A stretch of 64,000 bases of DNA, taken from the NCBI GenBank assembly GCA_964057225.1, contig OZ059894.1, forward strand, positions 2,604,001 through 2,668,000, given 5' to 3'. The DNA comes from Auanema rhodensis. Taxonomy: Eukaryota > Animalia > Nematoda. The notes under the pieces were generated by a model. That model was given only the letters and a program-made list of their open reading frames with translations, was not told the DNA's origin and ran no database searches. A program made the translations under genes and the position numbers. Position 1 is the first letter of the stretch, and the number at the start of each line of letters is the position of its first letter. Shown piece after piece: positions 27,101-40,300 of the stretch.

Positions 27101-29530
27101 GTGCATTTTTAAGCTAGCGCAAATCTGATAACACAGATCGACGCAGCTTAAAAATCCGCATCGAATGCACTATACTACATTGAGAAACGCTCAATACAAA
27201 AATTAGTTATGATCGTTTGAAAAATGATGCATTAGTGTATGTTGAGTTTCCATGTACACTCAACATTGCTTCCAAAAACATTTTGACAAAAATTTTTTCG
27301 AAAAATTTCAAGATAATTTAGCAAAAAGTAGATGTTTTTAGATTCCTTTTTTCAAGGCAAAGACGATGGACATTGTTATTCAACGAAAAAATTAATTCTT
27401 CAGGGTGAAAATCGAGGATATAAGTGTGAACATATATCAGTTGATATCTCGGTGCATTTTTAAGCTAGCGCAAATCTGATAACACAGATCGACGCAGCTT
27501 AAAAATCCGCATCGAATGCACTATACTACATTGAGAAACGCTCAATACAAAAATTAGTTATGATCGTTTGAAAAATGATGCATTAGTGTATGTTGAGTTT
27601 CCATGTACACTCAACATTGCTTCCAAAAACATTTTGACAAAAATTTTTTCGAAAAATTTCAAAATAATTTAGCAAAAAGTAGATGTTTTTAGATTTCTTT
27701 TTTCAAGGCGAAGACGATGGACATTGTTATTCAACGAAAAAATTAATTCTTCAGGGTGAAAATCGAGGATATAAGTGTGAACATATATCAGTTGATATCT
27801 CGGTGCATTTTTAAGCTAGCGCAAATCTGATAACACAGATCGACGCAGCTTAAAAATCCGCATCGAATGCACTATACTACATTGAGAAACGCTCAATACA
27901 AAAATTAGTTATGATCGTTTGAAAAATGATGCATTAGTGTATGTTGAGTTTCCATGTACACTCAACATTGCTTCCAAAAACATTTTGACAAAAATTTTTT
28001 CGAAAAATTTCAAAATAATTTAGCAAAAAGTAGATGTTTTTAGATTCCTTTTTTCAAGGCAAAGACGATGGACATTGTTATTCAACGAAAAAATTAATTC
28101 TTCAGGGTGAAAATCGAGGATATAAGTGTGAACATATATCAGTTGATATCTCGGTGCATTTTTAAGCTAGCGCAAATCTGATAACACAGATCGACGCAGC
28201 TTAAAAATCCGCATCGAATGCACTATACTACATTGAGAAACGCTCAATACAAAAATTAGTTATGATCGTTTGAAAAATGATGCATTAGTGTATGTTGAGT
28301 TTCCATGTACACTCAACATTGCTTCCAAAAACATTTTGACAAAAATTTTTTCGAAAAATTTCAAAATAGTTTAGCAAAAAGTAGATGTTTTTAGATTTCT
28401 TTTTTCAAGGCGAAGACGATGGACATTGTTATTCAACGAAAAAATTAATTCTTCAGGGTGAAAATCGAGGATATAAGTGTGAACATATATCAGTTGATAT
28501 CTCGGTGCATTTTTAAGCTAGCGCAAATCTGATAACACAGATCGACGCAGCTTAAAAATCCGCATCGAATGCACTATACTACATTGAGAAACGCTCAATA
28601 CAAAAATTAGTTATGATCGTTTGAAAAATGATGCATTAGTGTATGTTGAGTTTCCATGTACACTCAACATTGCTTCCAAAAACATTTTGACAAAAATTTT
28701 TTCGAAAAATTTCAAAATAATTTAGCAAAAAGTAGATGTTTTTAGATTCCTTTTTTCAAGGCAAAGACGATGGACATTGTTATTCAACGAAAAAATTAAT
28801 TCTTCAGGGTGAAAATCGAGGATATAAGTGTGAACTTATATCAGTTGATATCTCGGTGCATTTTTAAGCTAGCGCAAATCTGATAACACAGATCGACGCA
28901 GCTTAAAAATCCGCATCGAATGCACTATACTACATTGAGAAACGCTCAATACAAAAATTAGTTATGATCGTTTGAAAAATGATGCATTAGTGTATGTTGA
29001 GTTTCCATGTACACTCAACATTGCTTCCAAAAACATTTTGACAAAAATTTTTTCGAAAAATTTCAAAATAATTTAGCAAAAAGTAGATGTTTTTAGATTT
29101 CTTTTTTCAAGGCGAAGACGATGGACATTGTTATTCAACGAAAAAATTAATTCTTCAGGGTGAAAATCGAGGATATAAGTGTGAACATATATCAGTTGAT
29201 ATCTCGGTGCATTTTTAAGCTAGCGCAAATCTGATAACACAGATCGACGCAGCTTAAAAATCCGCATCGAATGCACTATACTACATTGAGAAACGCTCAA
29301 TACAAAAATTAGTTATGATCGTTTGAAAAATGATGCATTAGTGTATGTTGAGTTTCCATGTACACTCAACATTGCTTCCAAAAACATTTTGACAAAAATT
29401 TTTTCGAAAAATTTCAAAATAATTTAGCAAAAAGTAGATGTTTTTAGATTCCTTTTTTCAAGGCAAAGACGATGGACATTGTTATTCAACGAAAAAATTA
29501 ATTCTTCAGGGTGAAAATCGAGGATATAAG
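21120..29530. repeat. 11-mer higher-order duplication (3861 bp), about 2.2 copies, in the most homogeneous part of the array
   Basis: CTACATTGAGAAACGCTTAA at 22261 and 26122, GATCGATGC at about 22574 and 26435, and TTCGAAAAATTTCAAGAT at about 23085 and 26946. The GATTTC+GGCG monomers also map at +3861. Confidence 0.82.
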
Positions 29531-30169
29531 TGTGAACATATATCAGTTGATATCTCGGTGCATTTTTAAGCTAGCGCAAATCTGATAACACAGATCGACG
29601 CAGCTTAAAAATCCGCATCGAATGCACTATACTACATTGAGAAACGCTCAATACAAAAATTAGTTATGATCGTTTGAAAAATGATGCATTAGTGTATGTT
29701 GAGTTTCCATGTACACTCAACATTGCTTCCAAAAACATTTTGACAAAAATTTTTTCGAAAAATTTCAAAATAATTTAGCAAAAAGTAGATGTTTTTAGAT
29801 TTCTTTTTTCAAGGCGAAGACGATGGACATTGTTATTCAACGAAAAAATTAATTCTTCAGGGTGAAAATCGAGGATATAAGTGTGAACATATATCAGTTG
29901 ATATCTCGGTGCATTTTTAAGCTAGCGCAAATCTGATAACACAGATCGACGCAGCTTAAAAATCCGCATCGAATGCACTATACTACATTGAGAAACGCTC
30001 AATACAAAAATTAGTTATGATCGTTTGAAAAATGATGCATTAGTGTATGTTGAGTTTCCATGTACACTCAACATTGCTTCCAAAAACATTTTGACAAAAA
30101 TTTTTTCGAAAAATTTCAAAATAATTTAGCAAAAAGTAGATGTTTTTAGATTCCTTTTTTCAAGGCAAA

Positions 30170-33100
30170 GACGATGGACATTGTTATTCAACGAAAAAAT
30201 TAATTCTTCAGGGTGAAAATCGAGGATATAAGTGTGAACTTATATCAGTTGATATCTCGGTGCATTTTTAAGCTAGCGCAAATCTGATAACACAGATCGA
30301 CGCAGCTTAAAAATCCGCATCGAATGCACTATACTACATTGAGAAACGCTCAATACAAAAATTAGTTATGATCGTTTGAAAAATGATGCATTAGTGTATG
30401 TTGAGTTTCCATGTACACTCAACATTGCTTCCAAAAACATTTTGACAAAAATTTTTTCGGAAAATTTCAAGATAATTTAGCAAAAAGTAGATGTTTTTAG
30501 ATTCCTTTTTTCAAGGCAAAGACGATGGACATTGTTATTCAACGAAAAAATTAATTCTTCAGGGTGAAAATCGAGGATATAAGTGTGAACATATATCAGT
30601 TGATATCTCGGTGCATTTTTAAGCTAGCGCAAATCTGATAACACAGATCGACGCAGCTTAAAAATCCGCATCGAATGCACTATACTACATTGAGAAACGC
30701 TCAATACAAAAATTAGTTATGATCGTTTGAAAAATGATGCATTAGTGTATGTTGAGTTTCCATGTACACTCAACATTGCTTCCAAAAACATTTTGACAAA
30801 AATTTTTTCGGAAAATTTCAAGATAATTTAGCAAAAAGTAGATGTTTTTAGATTCCTTTTTTCAAGGCAAAGACGATGGACATTGTTATTCAACGAAAAA
30901 ATTAATTCTTCAGGGTGAAAATCGAGGATATAAGTGTGAACATATATCAGTTGATATCTCGGTGCATTTTTAAGCTAGCGCAAATCTGATAACACAGATC
31001 GACGCAGCTTAAAAATCCGCATCGAATGCACTATACTACATTGAGAAACGCTCAATACAAAAATTAGTTATGATCGTTTGAAAAATGATGCATTAGTGTA
31101 TGTTGAGTTTCCATGTACACTCAACATTGCTTCCAAAAACATTTTGACAAAAATTTTTTCGGAAAATTTCAAGATAATTTAGCAAAAAGTAGATGTTTTT
31201 AGATTCCTTTTTTCAAGGCGAAGACGATGGACATTGTTATTCAACGAAAAAATTAATTCTTCAGGGTGAAAATCGAGGATATAAGTGTGAACTTATATCA
31301 GTTGATATCTCGGTGCATTTTTAAGCTAGCGCAAATCTGATAACACAGATCGACGCAGCTTAAAAATCCGCATCGAATGCACTATACTACATTGAGAAAC
31401 GCTCAATACAAAAATTAGTTATGATCGTTTGAAAAATGATGCATTAGTGTATGTTGAGTTTCCATGTACACTCAACATTGCTTCCAAAAACATTTTGACA
31501 AAAATTTTTTCGAAAAATTTCAAAATAATTTAGCAAAAAGTAGATGTTTTCAGATTTTTTTTTCAAGGCAAAAACGATGGACAATGTTATTCAACGAAAA
31601 AATTAATTCTTCAGGGTGAAAATCGAGGATATAAGTGTGAACTTATATCAGTTGATATCTCGGTGCATTTTTAAGCTAGCGCAAATCTGATAACACAGAT
31701 CGATGCAGCTTAAAAATCCGCATCGAATGCACTATACTACATTGAGAAACGCTTAATACAAAAATTAGTTATGATCGTTTGAAAAATGATGAATTAGTGT
31801 ATGTTGAGTTTCCATGTACACTCAACATTGCTTCCAAAAACATTTTGACAAAAATTTTTTCGAAAAATTTCAGAATAATTTAGCAAAAAATAGATGTTTT
31901 TAGATTCCCTTTTTCAAGGCAAAGACGATGGACATTGTTATTCAACGAAAAAATTAATTCTTCAGGGTGAAAATCGAGGATATAAGTGTGAACTTATATC
32001 AGTTGATATCTCGGTGCATTTTTAAGCTAGCGCAAATCTGATAACACAGATCGACGCAGCTTAAAAATCCGCATCGAATGCACTATACTACATTGAGAAA
32101 CGCCTAATACAAAAATTAGTTATGATCGTTTGAAAAATGATGAATTAGTGTATGTTGAGTTTCCATGTACACTCAACATTGCTTCCAAAAACATTTTGAC
32201 AAAAATTTTTTCGAAAAATTTCAAAATAATTTAGCAAAAAGTAGATGTTTTCAGATTTTTTTTTCAAGGCAAAGACGATGGACAATGTTATTCAACGAAA
32301 AAATTAATTCTTCAGGGTGAAAATCGAGGATATAAGTGTGAACTTATATCAGTTGATATCTCGGTGCATTTTTAAGCTAGCGCAAATCTGATAACACAGA
32401 TCGATGCAGCTTAAAAATCCGCATCGAATGCACTATACTACATTGAGAAACGCTTAATACAAAAATTAGTTATGATCGTTTGAAAAATGATGAATTAGTG
32501 TATGTTGAGTTTCCATGTACACTCAACATTGCTTCCAAAAACATTTTGACAAAAATTTTTTCGAAAAATTTCAGAATAATTTAGCAAAAAGTAGATGTTT
32601 TTAGATTCCTTTTTTCAAGGCGAAGACGATGGACATTGTTATTCAACGAAAAAATTAATTCTTCAGGGTGAAAATCGAGGATATAAGTGTGAACTTATAT
32701 CAGTTGATATCTCGGTGCATTTTTAAGCTAGCGCTAATCTGATAACACAGATCGACGCAGCTTAAAAATCCGCATCGAATGCACTATACTACATTGAGAA
32801 ACGCCTAATACAAAAATTAGTTATGATCGTTTGAAAAATGATGCATTAGTGTATGTTGAGTTTCCATGTACACTCAACATTGCTTCCAAAAACATTTTGA
32901 CAAAAATTTTTTCGAAAAATTTCAAAATAATTTAGCAAAAAGTAGATGTTTTTAGATTCCTTTTTTCAAGGCGAAGACGATGGACATTGTTATTCAACGA
33001 AAAAATTAATTCTTCAGGGTGAAAATCGAGGATATAAGTGTGAACTTATATCAGTTGATATCTCGGTGCATTTTTAAGCTAGCGCAAATCTGATAACACA

Positions 33101-36100
33101 GATCGACGCAGCTTAAAAATCCGCATCGAATGCACTATACTACATTGAGAAACGCCTAATACAAAAATTAGTTATGATCGTTTGAAAAATGATGCATTAG
33201 TGTATGTTGAGTTTCCATGTACACTCAACATTGCTTCCAAAAACATTTTGACAAAAATTTTTTCGAAAAATTTCAAAATAATTTAGCAAAAAGTAGATGT
33301 TTTTAGATTCCTTTTTTCAAGGCAAAGACGATGGACATTGTTATTCAACGAAAAAATTATTTCTTCAGGGTGAAAATCGAGGATATAAGTGTGAACATAT
33401 ATCAGTTGATATCTCGGTGCATTTTTAAGCTAGCGCAAATCTGATGACACAGATCGACGCAGCTTAAAAATCCGCATCGAATGCACTATACCACATTGAG
33501 AAACGCTCAATACAAAAATTAGTTATGATCGTTTGAAAAATGATGCATTAGTGTATGTTGAGTTTCCATGTACACTCAACATTGCTTCCAAAAACATTTT
33601 GACAAAAATTTTTTCGAAAAATTTCAAAATAATTTAGCAAAAAGTAGATGTTTTTAGATTCCTTTTTTCAAGGCGAAGACGATGGACATTGTTATTCAAC
33701 GAAAAAATTAATTCTTCAGGGTGAAAATCGAGGATATAAGTGTGAACTTATATCAGTTGATATCTCGGTGCATTTTTAAGCTAGCGCAAATCTGATAACA
33801 CAGATCGACGCAGCTTAAAAATCCGCATCGAATGCACTATACTACATTGAGAAACGCTCAATACAAAAATTAGTTATGATCGTTTGAAAAATGATGCATT
33901 AGTGTATGTTGAGTTTCCATGTACACTCAACATTGCTTCCAAAAACATTTTGACAAAAATTTTTTCGGAAAATTTCAAGATAATTTAGCAAAAAGTAGAT
34001 GTTTTTAGATTCCTTTTTTCAAGGCAAAGACGATGGACATTGTTATTCAACGAAAAAATTAATTCTTCAGGGTGAAAATCGAGGATATAAGTGTGAACAT
34101 ATATCAGTTGATATCTCGGTGCATTTTTAAGCTAGCGCAAATCTGATAACACAGATCGACGCAGCTTAAAAATCCGCATCGAATGCACTATACTACATTG
34201 AGAAACGCTCAATACAAAAATTAGTTATGATCGTTTGAAAAATGATGCATTAGTGTATGTTGAGTTTCCATGTACACTCAACATTGCTTCCAAAAACATT
34301 TTGACAAAAATTTTTTCGGAAAATTTCAAGATAATTTAGCAAAAAGTAGATGTTTTTAGATTCCTTTTTTCAAGGCAAAGACGATGGACATTGTTATTCA
34401 ACGAAAAAATTAATTCTTCAGGGTGAAAATCGAGGATATAAGTGTGAACATATATCAGTTGATATCTCGGTGCATTTTTAAGCTAGCGCAAATCTGATAA
34501 CACAGATCGACGCAGCTTAAAAATCCGCATCGAATGCACTATACTACATTGAGAAACGCTCAATACAAAAATTAGTTATGATCGTTTGAAAAATGATGCA
34601 TTAGTGTATGTTGAGTTTCCATGTACACTCAACATTGCTTCCAAAAACATTTTGACAAAAATTTTTTCGGAAAATTTCAAGATAATTTAGCAAAAAGTAG
34701 ATGTTTTTAGATTCCTTTTTTCAAGGCGAAGACGATGGACATTGTTATTCAACGAAAAAATTAATTCTTCAGGGTGAAAATCGAGGATATAAGTGTGAAC
34801 TTATATCAGTTGATATCTCGGTGCATTTTTAAGCTAGCGCAAATCTGATAACACAGATCGACGCAGCTTAAAAATCCGCATCGAATGCACTATACTACAT
34901 TGAGAAACGCTCAATACAAAAATTAGTTATGATCGTTTGAAAAATGATGCATTAGTGTATGTTGAGTTTCCATGTACACTCAACATTGCTTCCAAAAACA
35001 TTTTGACAAAAATTTTTTCGAAAAATTTCAAAATAATTTAGCAAAAAGTAGATGTTTTCAGATTTTTTTTTCAAGGCAAAAACGATGGACAATGTTATTC
35101 AACGAAAAAATTAATTCTTCAGGGTGAAAATCGAGGATATAAGTGTGAACTTATATCAGTTGATATCTCGGTGCATTTTTAAGCTAGCGCAAATCTGATA
35201 ACACAGATCGATGCAGCTTAAAAATCCGCATCGAATGCACTATACTACATTGAGAAACGCTTAATACAAAAATTAGTTATGATCGTTTGAAAAATGATGA
35301 ATTAGTGTATGTTGAGTTTCCATGTACACTCAACATTGCTTCCAAAAACATTTTGACAAAAATTTTTTCGAAAAATTTCAGAATAATTTAGCAAAAAATA
35401 GATGTTTTTAGATTCCCTTTTTCAAGGCAAAGACGATGGACATTGTTATTCAACGAAAAAATTAATTCTTCAGGGTGAAAATCGAGGATATAAGTGTGAA
35501 CTTATATCAGTTGATATCTCGGTGCATTTTTAAGCTAGCGCAAATCTGATAACACAGATCGACGCAGCTTAAAAATCCGCATCGAATGCACTATACTACA
35601 TTGAGAAACGCCTAATACAAAAATTAGTTATGATCGTTTGAAAAATGATGAATTAGTGTATGTTGAGTTTCCATGTACACTCAACATTGCTTCCAAAAAC
35701 ATTTTGACAAAAATTTTTTCGAAAAATTTCAAAATAATTTAGCAAAAAGTAGATGTTTTCAGATTTTTTTTTCAAGGCAAAGACGATGGACAATGTTATT
35801 CAACGAAAAAATTAATTCTTCAGGGTGAAAATCGAGGATATAAGTGTGAACTTATATCAGTTGATATCTCGGTGCATTTTTAAGCTAGCGCAAATCTGAT
35901 AACACAGATCGATGCAGCTTAAAAATCCGCATCGAATGCACTATACTACATTGAGAAACGCTTAATACAAAAATTAGTTATGATCGTTTGAAAAATGATG
36001 AATTAGTGTATGTTGAGTTTCCATGTACACTCAACATTGCTTCCAAAAACATTTTGACAAAAATTTTTTCGAAAAATTTCAGAATAATTTAGCAAAAAGT

Positions 36101-37360
36101 AGATGTTTTTAGATTCCTTTTTTCAAGGCGAAGACGATGGACATTGTTATTCAACGAAAAAATTAATTCTTCAGGGTGAAAATCGAGGATATAAGTGTGA
36201 ACTTATATCAGTTGATATCTCGGTGCATTTTTAAGCTAGCGCTAATCTGATAACACAGATCGACGCAGCTTAAAAATCCGCATCGAATGCACTATACTAC
36301 ATTGAGAAACGCCTAATACAAAAATTAGTTATGATCGTTTGAAAAATGATGCATTAGTGTATGTTGAGTTTCCATGTACACTCAACATTGCTTCCAAAAA
36401 CATTTTGACAAAAATTTTTTCGAAAAATTTCAAAATAATTTAGCAAAAAGTAGATGTTTTTAGATTCCTTTTTTCAAGGCGAAGACGATGGACATTGTTA
36501 TTCAACGAAAAAATTAATTCTTCAGGGTGAAAATCGAGGATATAAGTGTGAACTTATATCAGTTGATATCTCGGTGCATTTTTAAGCTAGCGCAAATCTG
36601 ATAACACAGATCGACGCAGCTTAAAAATCCGCATCGAATGCACTATACTACATTGAGAAACGCCTAATACAAAAATTAGTTATGATCGTTTGAAAAATGA
36701 TGCATTAGTGTATGTTGAGTTTCCATGTACACTCAACATTGCTTCCAAAAACATTTTGACAAAAATTTTTTCGAAAAATTTCAAAATAATTTAGCAAAAA
36801 GTAGATGTTTTTAGATTCCTTTTTTCAAGGCAAAGACGATGGACATTGTTATTCAACGAAAAAATTATTTCTTCAGGGTGAAAATCGAGGATATAAGTGT
36901 GAACATATATCAGTTGATATCTCGGTGCATTTTTAAGCTAGCGCAAATCTGATGACACAGATCGACGCAGCTTAAAAATCCGCATCGAATGCACTATACC
37001 ACATTGAGAAACGCTCAATACAAAAATTAGTTATGATCGTTTGAAAAATGATGCATTAGTGTATGTTGAGTTTCCATGTACACTCAACATTGCTTCCAAA
37101 AACATTTTGACAAAAATTTTTTCGAAAAATTTCAAAATAATTTAGCAAAAAGTAGATGTTTTTAGATTCCTTTTTTCAAGGCGAAGACGATGGACATTGT
37201 TATTCAACGAAAAAATTAATTCTTCAGGGTGAAAATCGAGGATATAAGTGTGAACTTATATCAGTTGATATCTCGGTGCATTTTTAAGCTAGCGCAAATC
37301 TGATAACACAGATCGACGCAGCTTAAAAATCCGCATCGAATGCACTATACTACATTGAGA
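30170..37360. repeat. 10-mer tandem duplication (3508 bp = 10x351 - 2), 2 copies
   Basis: Private variants are shifted by exactly 3508: CAGATTTTTTTTTCAAGGCAAAAACG at 31551 and 35059, GCGCTAATCT at 32731 and 36239, GATGACAC at 33443 and 36951. Confidence 0.92.
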
Positions 37361-40300
37361 AACGCCTAATACAAAAATTAGTTATGATCGTTTGAAAAAT
37401 GATGCATTAGTGTATGTTGAGTTTCCATGTACACTCAACATTGCTTCCAAAAACATTTTGACAAAAATTTTTTCGGAAAATTTCAAAATAATTTAGCAAA
37501 AAGTAGATGTTTTTAGATTCCTTTTTTCAAGGCAAAGACGATGGACATTGTTATTCAACGAAAAAATTAATTCTTCAGGGTGAAAATCGAGGATATAAGT
37601 GTGAACTTATATCAGTTGATATCTCGGTGCATTTTTAAGCTAGCGCAAATCTGATAACACAGATCGACGCAGCTTACAAATCCGCATCGAATGCACTATA
37701 CTACATTGAGAAACGCCTAATACAAAAATTAGTTATGATCGTTTGAAAAATGATGCATTAGTGTATGTTGAGTTTCCATGTACACTCAACATTGCTTCCA
37801 AAAACATTTTGACAAAAATTTTTTCGAAAAATTTCGAAATAATTTAGCGAAAAGTAGATGTTTTTAGATTCCTTTTTTCAAGGCAAAGACGATGGACATT
37901 GTTATTCAACGAAAAAATTAATTCTTCAGGGTGAAAATCGAGGATATAAGTGTGAACATATATCAGTTGATATCTCGGTGCATTTTTAAGCTAGCGCAAA
38001 TCTGATAACACAGATCGACGCAGCTTACAAATCCGCATCGAATGCACTATACTACATTAAGAAACGCCTAATACAAAAATTAGTTATGATCGTTTGAAAA
38101 ATGATGCATTAGTGTATGTTGAGTTTCCATGTACACTCAACATTGCTTCCAAAAACATTTTGACAAAAATTTTTTCGAAAAATTTCAAAATAATTTAGCA
38201 AAAAGTAGATGTTTTTAGATTCCTTTCTTCAAGGCAAAGACGATGGACATTGTTATTCAACGAAAAAATTAATTCTTCAGGGTGAAAATCGAGGATATAA
38301 GTGTGAACTTATATCAGTTGATATCTCGGTGCATTTTTAAGCTAGCGCAAATCTGATAACACAGATCGACGCAGCTTAAAAATCCGCATCGAATGCACTA
38401 TACTACATTGAGAAACGCTTAATACAAAAATTAGTTATGATCGTTTGAAAAATGATGCATTAGTGTATGTTGAGTTTCCATGTACACTCAACATTGCTTC
38501 CAAAAACATTTTGACAAAAATTTTTTCGAAAAATTTCAAAATAATTTAGCAAAAAGTAGATGTTTTTAGATACCTTTTTTGAAGGCAAAGACGATGGACA
38601 TTGTTATTCAACGAAAATATTATTTCTTCAGGGTGAAAATCGAGGATATAAGTGTGAACTTATATCAGTTGATAACTCGGTGCATTTTTAAGCTAGCGCA
38701 AATCTGATAACACAGATCGACGCAGCTTAAAAATCCGCATCGAATGCATTATACTACATTGAGAAACGCTTAATACAAAAATTAGTTATGATCGTTTGAA
38801 AAATGATGCATTAGTGTATGTTGAGTTTCCATGTACACTCAACATTGCTTCCAAAAACATTTTGACAAAAATTTTTTCGAAAAATTTCAAAATAATTTAG
38901 CAAAAAGTAGATGTTTTTAGATTCCTTTTTTCAAGGCGAAGACGATGGACATTGTTATTCAACGAAAAATCTATTTCTTCAGGGTGAAAATCGAGGATAT
39001 AAGTGTGAACTTATATCAGTTGATATCTCGGTGCATTTTTAAGCTAGCGCAAATCTGATAACACAGATCGACGCAGCTTAAAAATCCGCATCGAATGCAC
39101 TATTCTACATTGAGAAACGCTCAATACAAAAATTAGTTATGATCGTTTGAAAAATGATGCATTAGTGTATGTTGAGTTTCCATGTACACTCAACATTGCT
39201 TCCAAAAACATTTTGACAAAAATTTTTTCGGAAAATTTCAAGATAATTTAGCAAAAAGTAGATGTTTTTAGATTCCTTTTTTCAAGGCAAAGACGATGGA
39301 CATTGTTATTCAACGAAAAAATTAATTCTTCACGGTGAAAATCGAGGATATAAGTGTGAACATATATCAGTTGATATCTCGGTGAATTTTTAAGCTAGCG
39401 CAAATCTGATAACACAGATCGACGCAGCTTAAAAATCCGCATCGAATGCACTATACTACATTGAGAAACGCTCAATACAAAAATTAGTTATGATCGTTTG
39501 AAAAATGATGCATTAGTGTATGTTGAGTTTCCATGTACACTCAACATTGCTTCCAAAAACATTTTGACAAAAATTTTTTCGGAAAATTTCAAGATAATTT
39601 AGCAAAAAGTAGATGTTTTTAGATTCCTTTTTTCAAGGCAAAGACGATGGACATTGTTATTCAACGAAAAAATTAATTCTTCAGGGTGAAAATCGAGGAT
39701 ATAAGTGTGAACATATATCAGTTGATATCTCGGTGCATTTTTAAGCTAGCGCAAATCTGATAACACAGATCGACGCAGCTTAAAAATCCGCATCGAATGC
39801 ACTATACTACATTGAGAAACGCTCAATACAAAAATTAGTTATGATCGTTTGAAAAATGATGCATTAGTGTATGTTGAGTTTCCATGTACACTCAACATTG
39901 CTTCCAAAAACATTTTGACAAAAATTTTTTCGGAAAATTTCAAGATAATTTAGCAAAAAGTAGATGTTTTTAGATTCCTTTTTTCAAGGCAAAGACGATG
40001 GACATTGTTATTCAACGAAAAAATTAATTCTTCAGGGTGAAAATCGAGGATATAAGTGTGAACATATATCAGTTGATATCTCGGTGCATTTTTAAGCTAG
40101 CGCAAATCTGATAACACAGATCGACGCAGCTTAAAAATCCGCATCGAATGCACTATACTACATTGAGAAACGCTCAATACAAAAATTAGTTATGATCGTT
40201 TGAAAAATGATGCATTAGTGTATGTTGAGTTTCCATGTACACTCAACATTGCTTCCAAAAACATTTTGACAAAAATTTTTTCGGAAAATTTCAAGATAAT

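Noticed and set aside
33441-33510. Hammerhead ribozyme core (CTGATGA ... GAAAC), as known from newt, schistosome and cave-cricket satellites
   Set aside because: The consensus is CTGATAA, and CTGATGA occurs in only two duplicated monomers. No stem II closing pair or properly placed stem III and cleavage triplet could be built.
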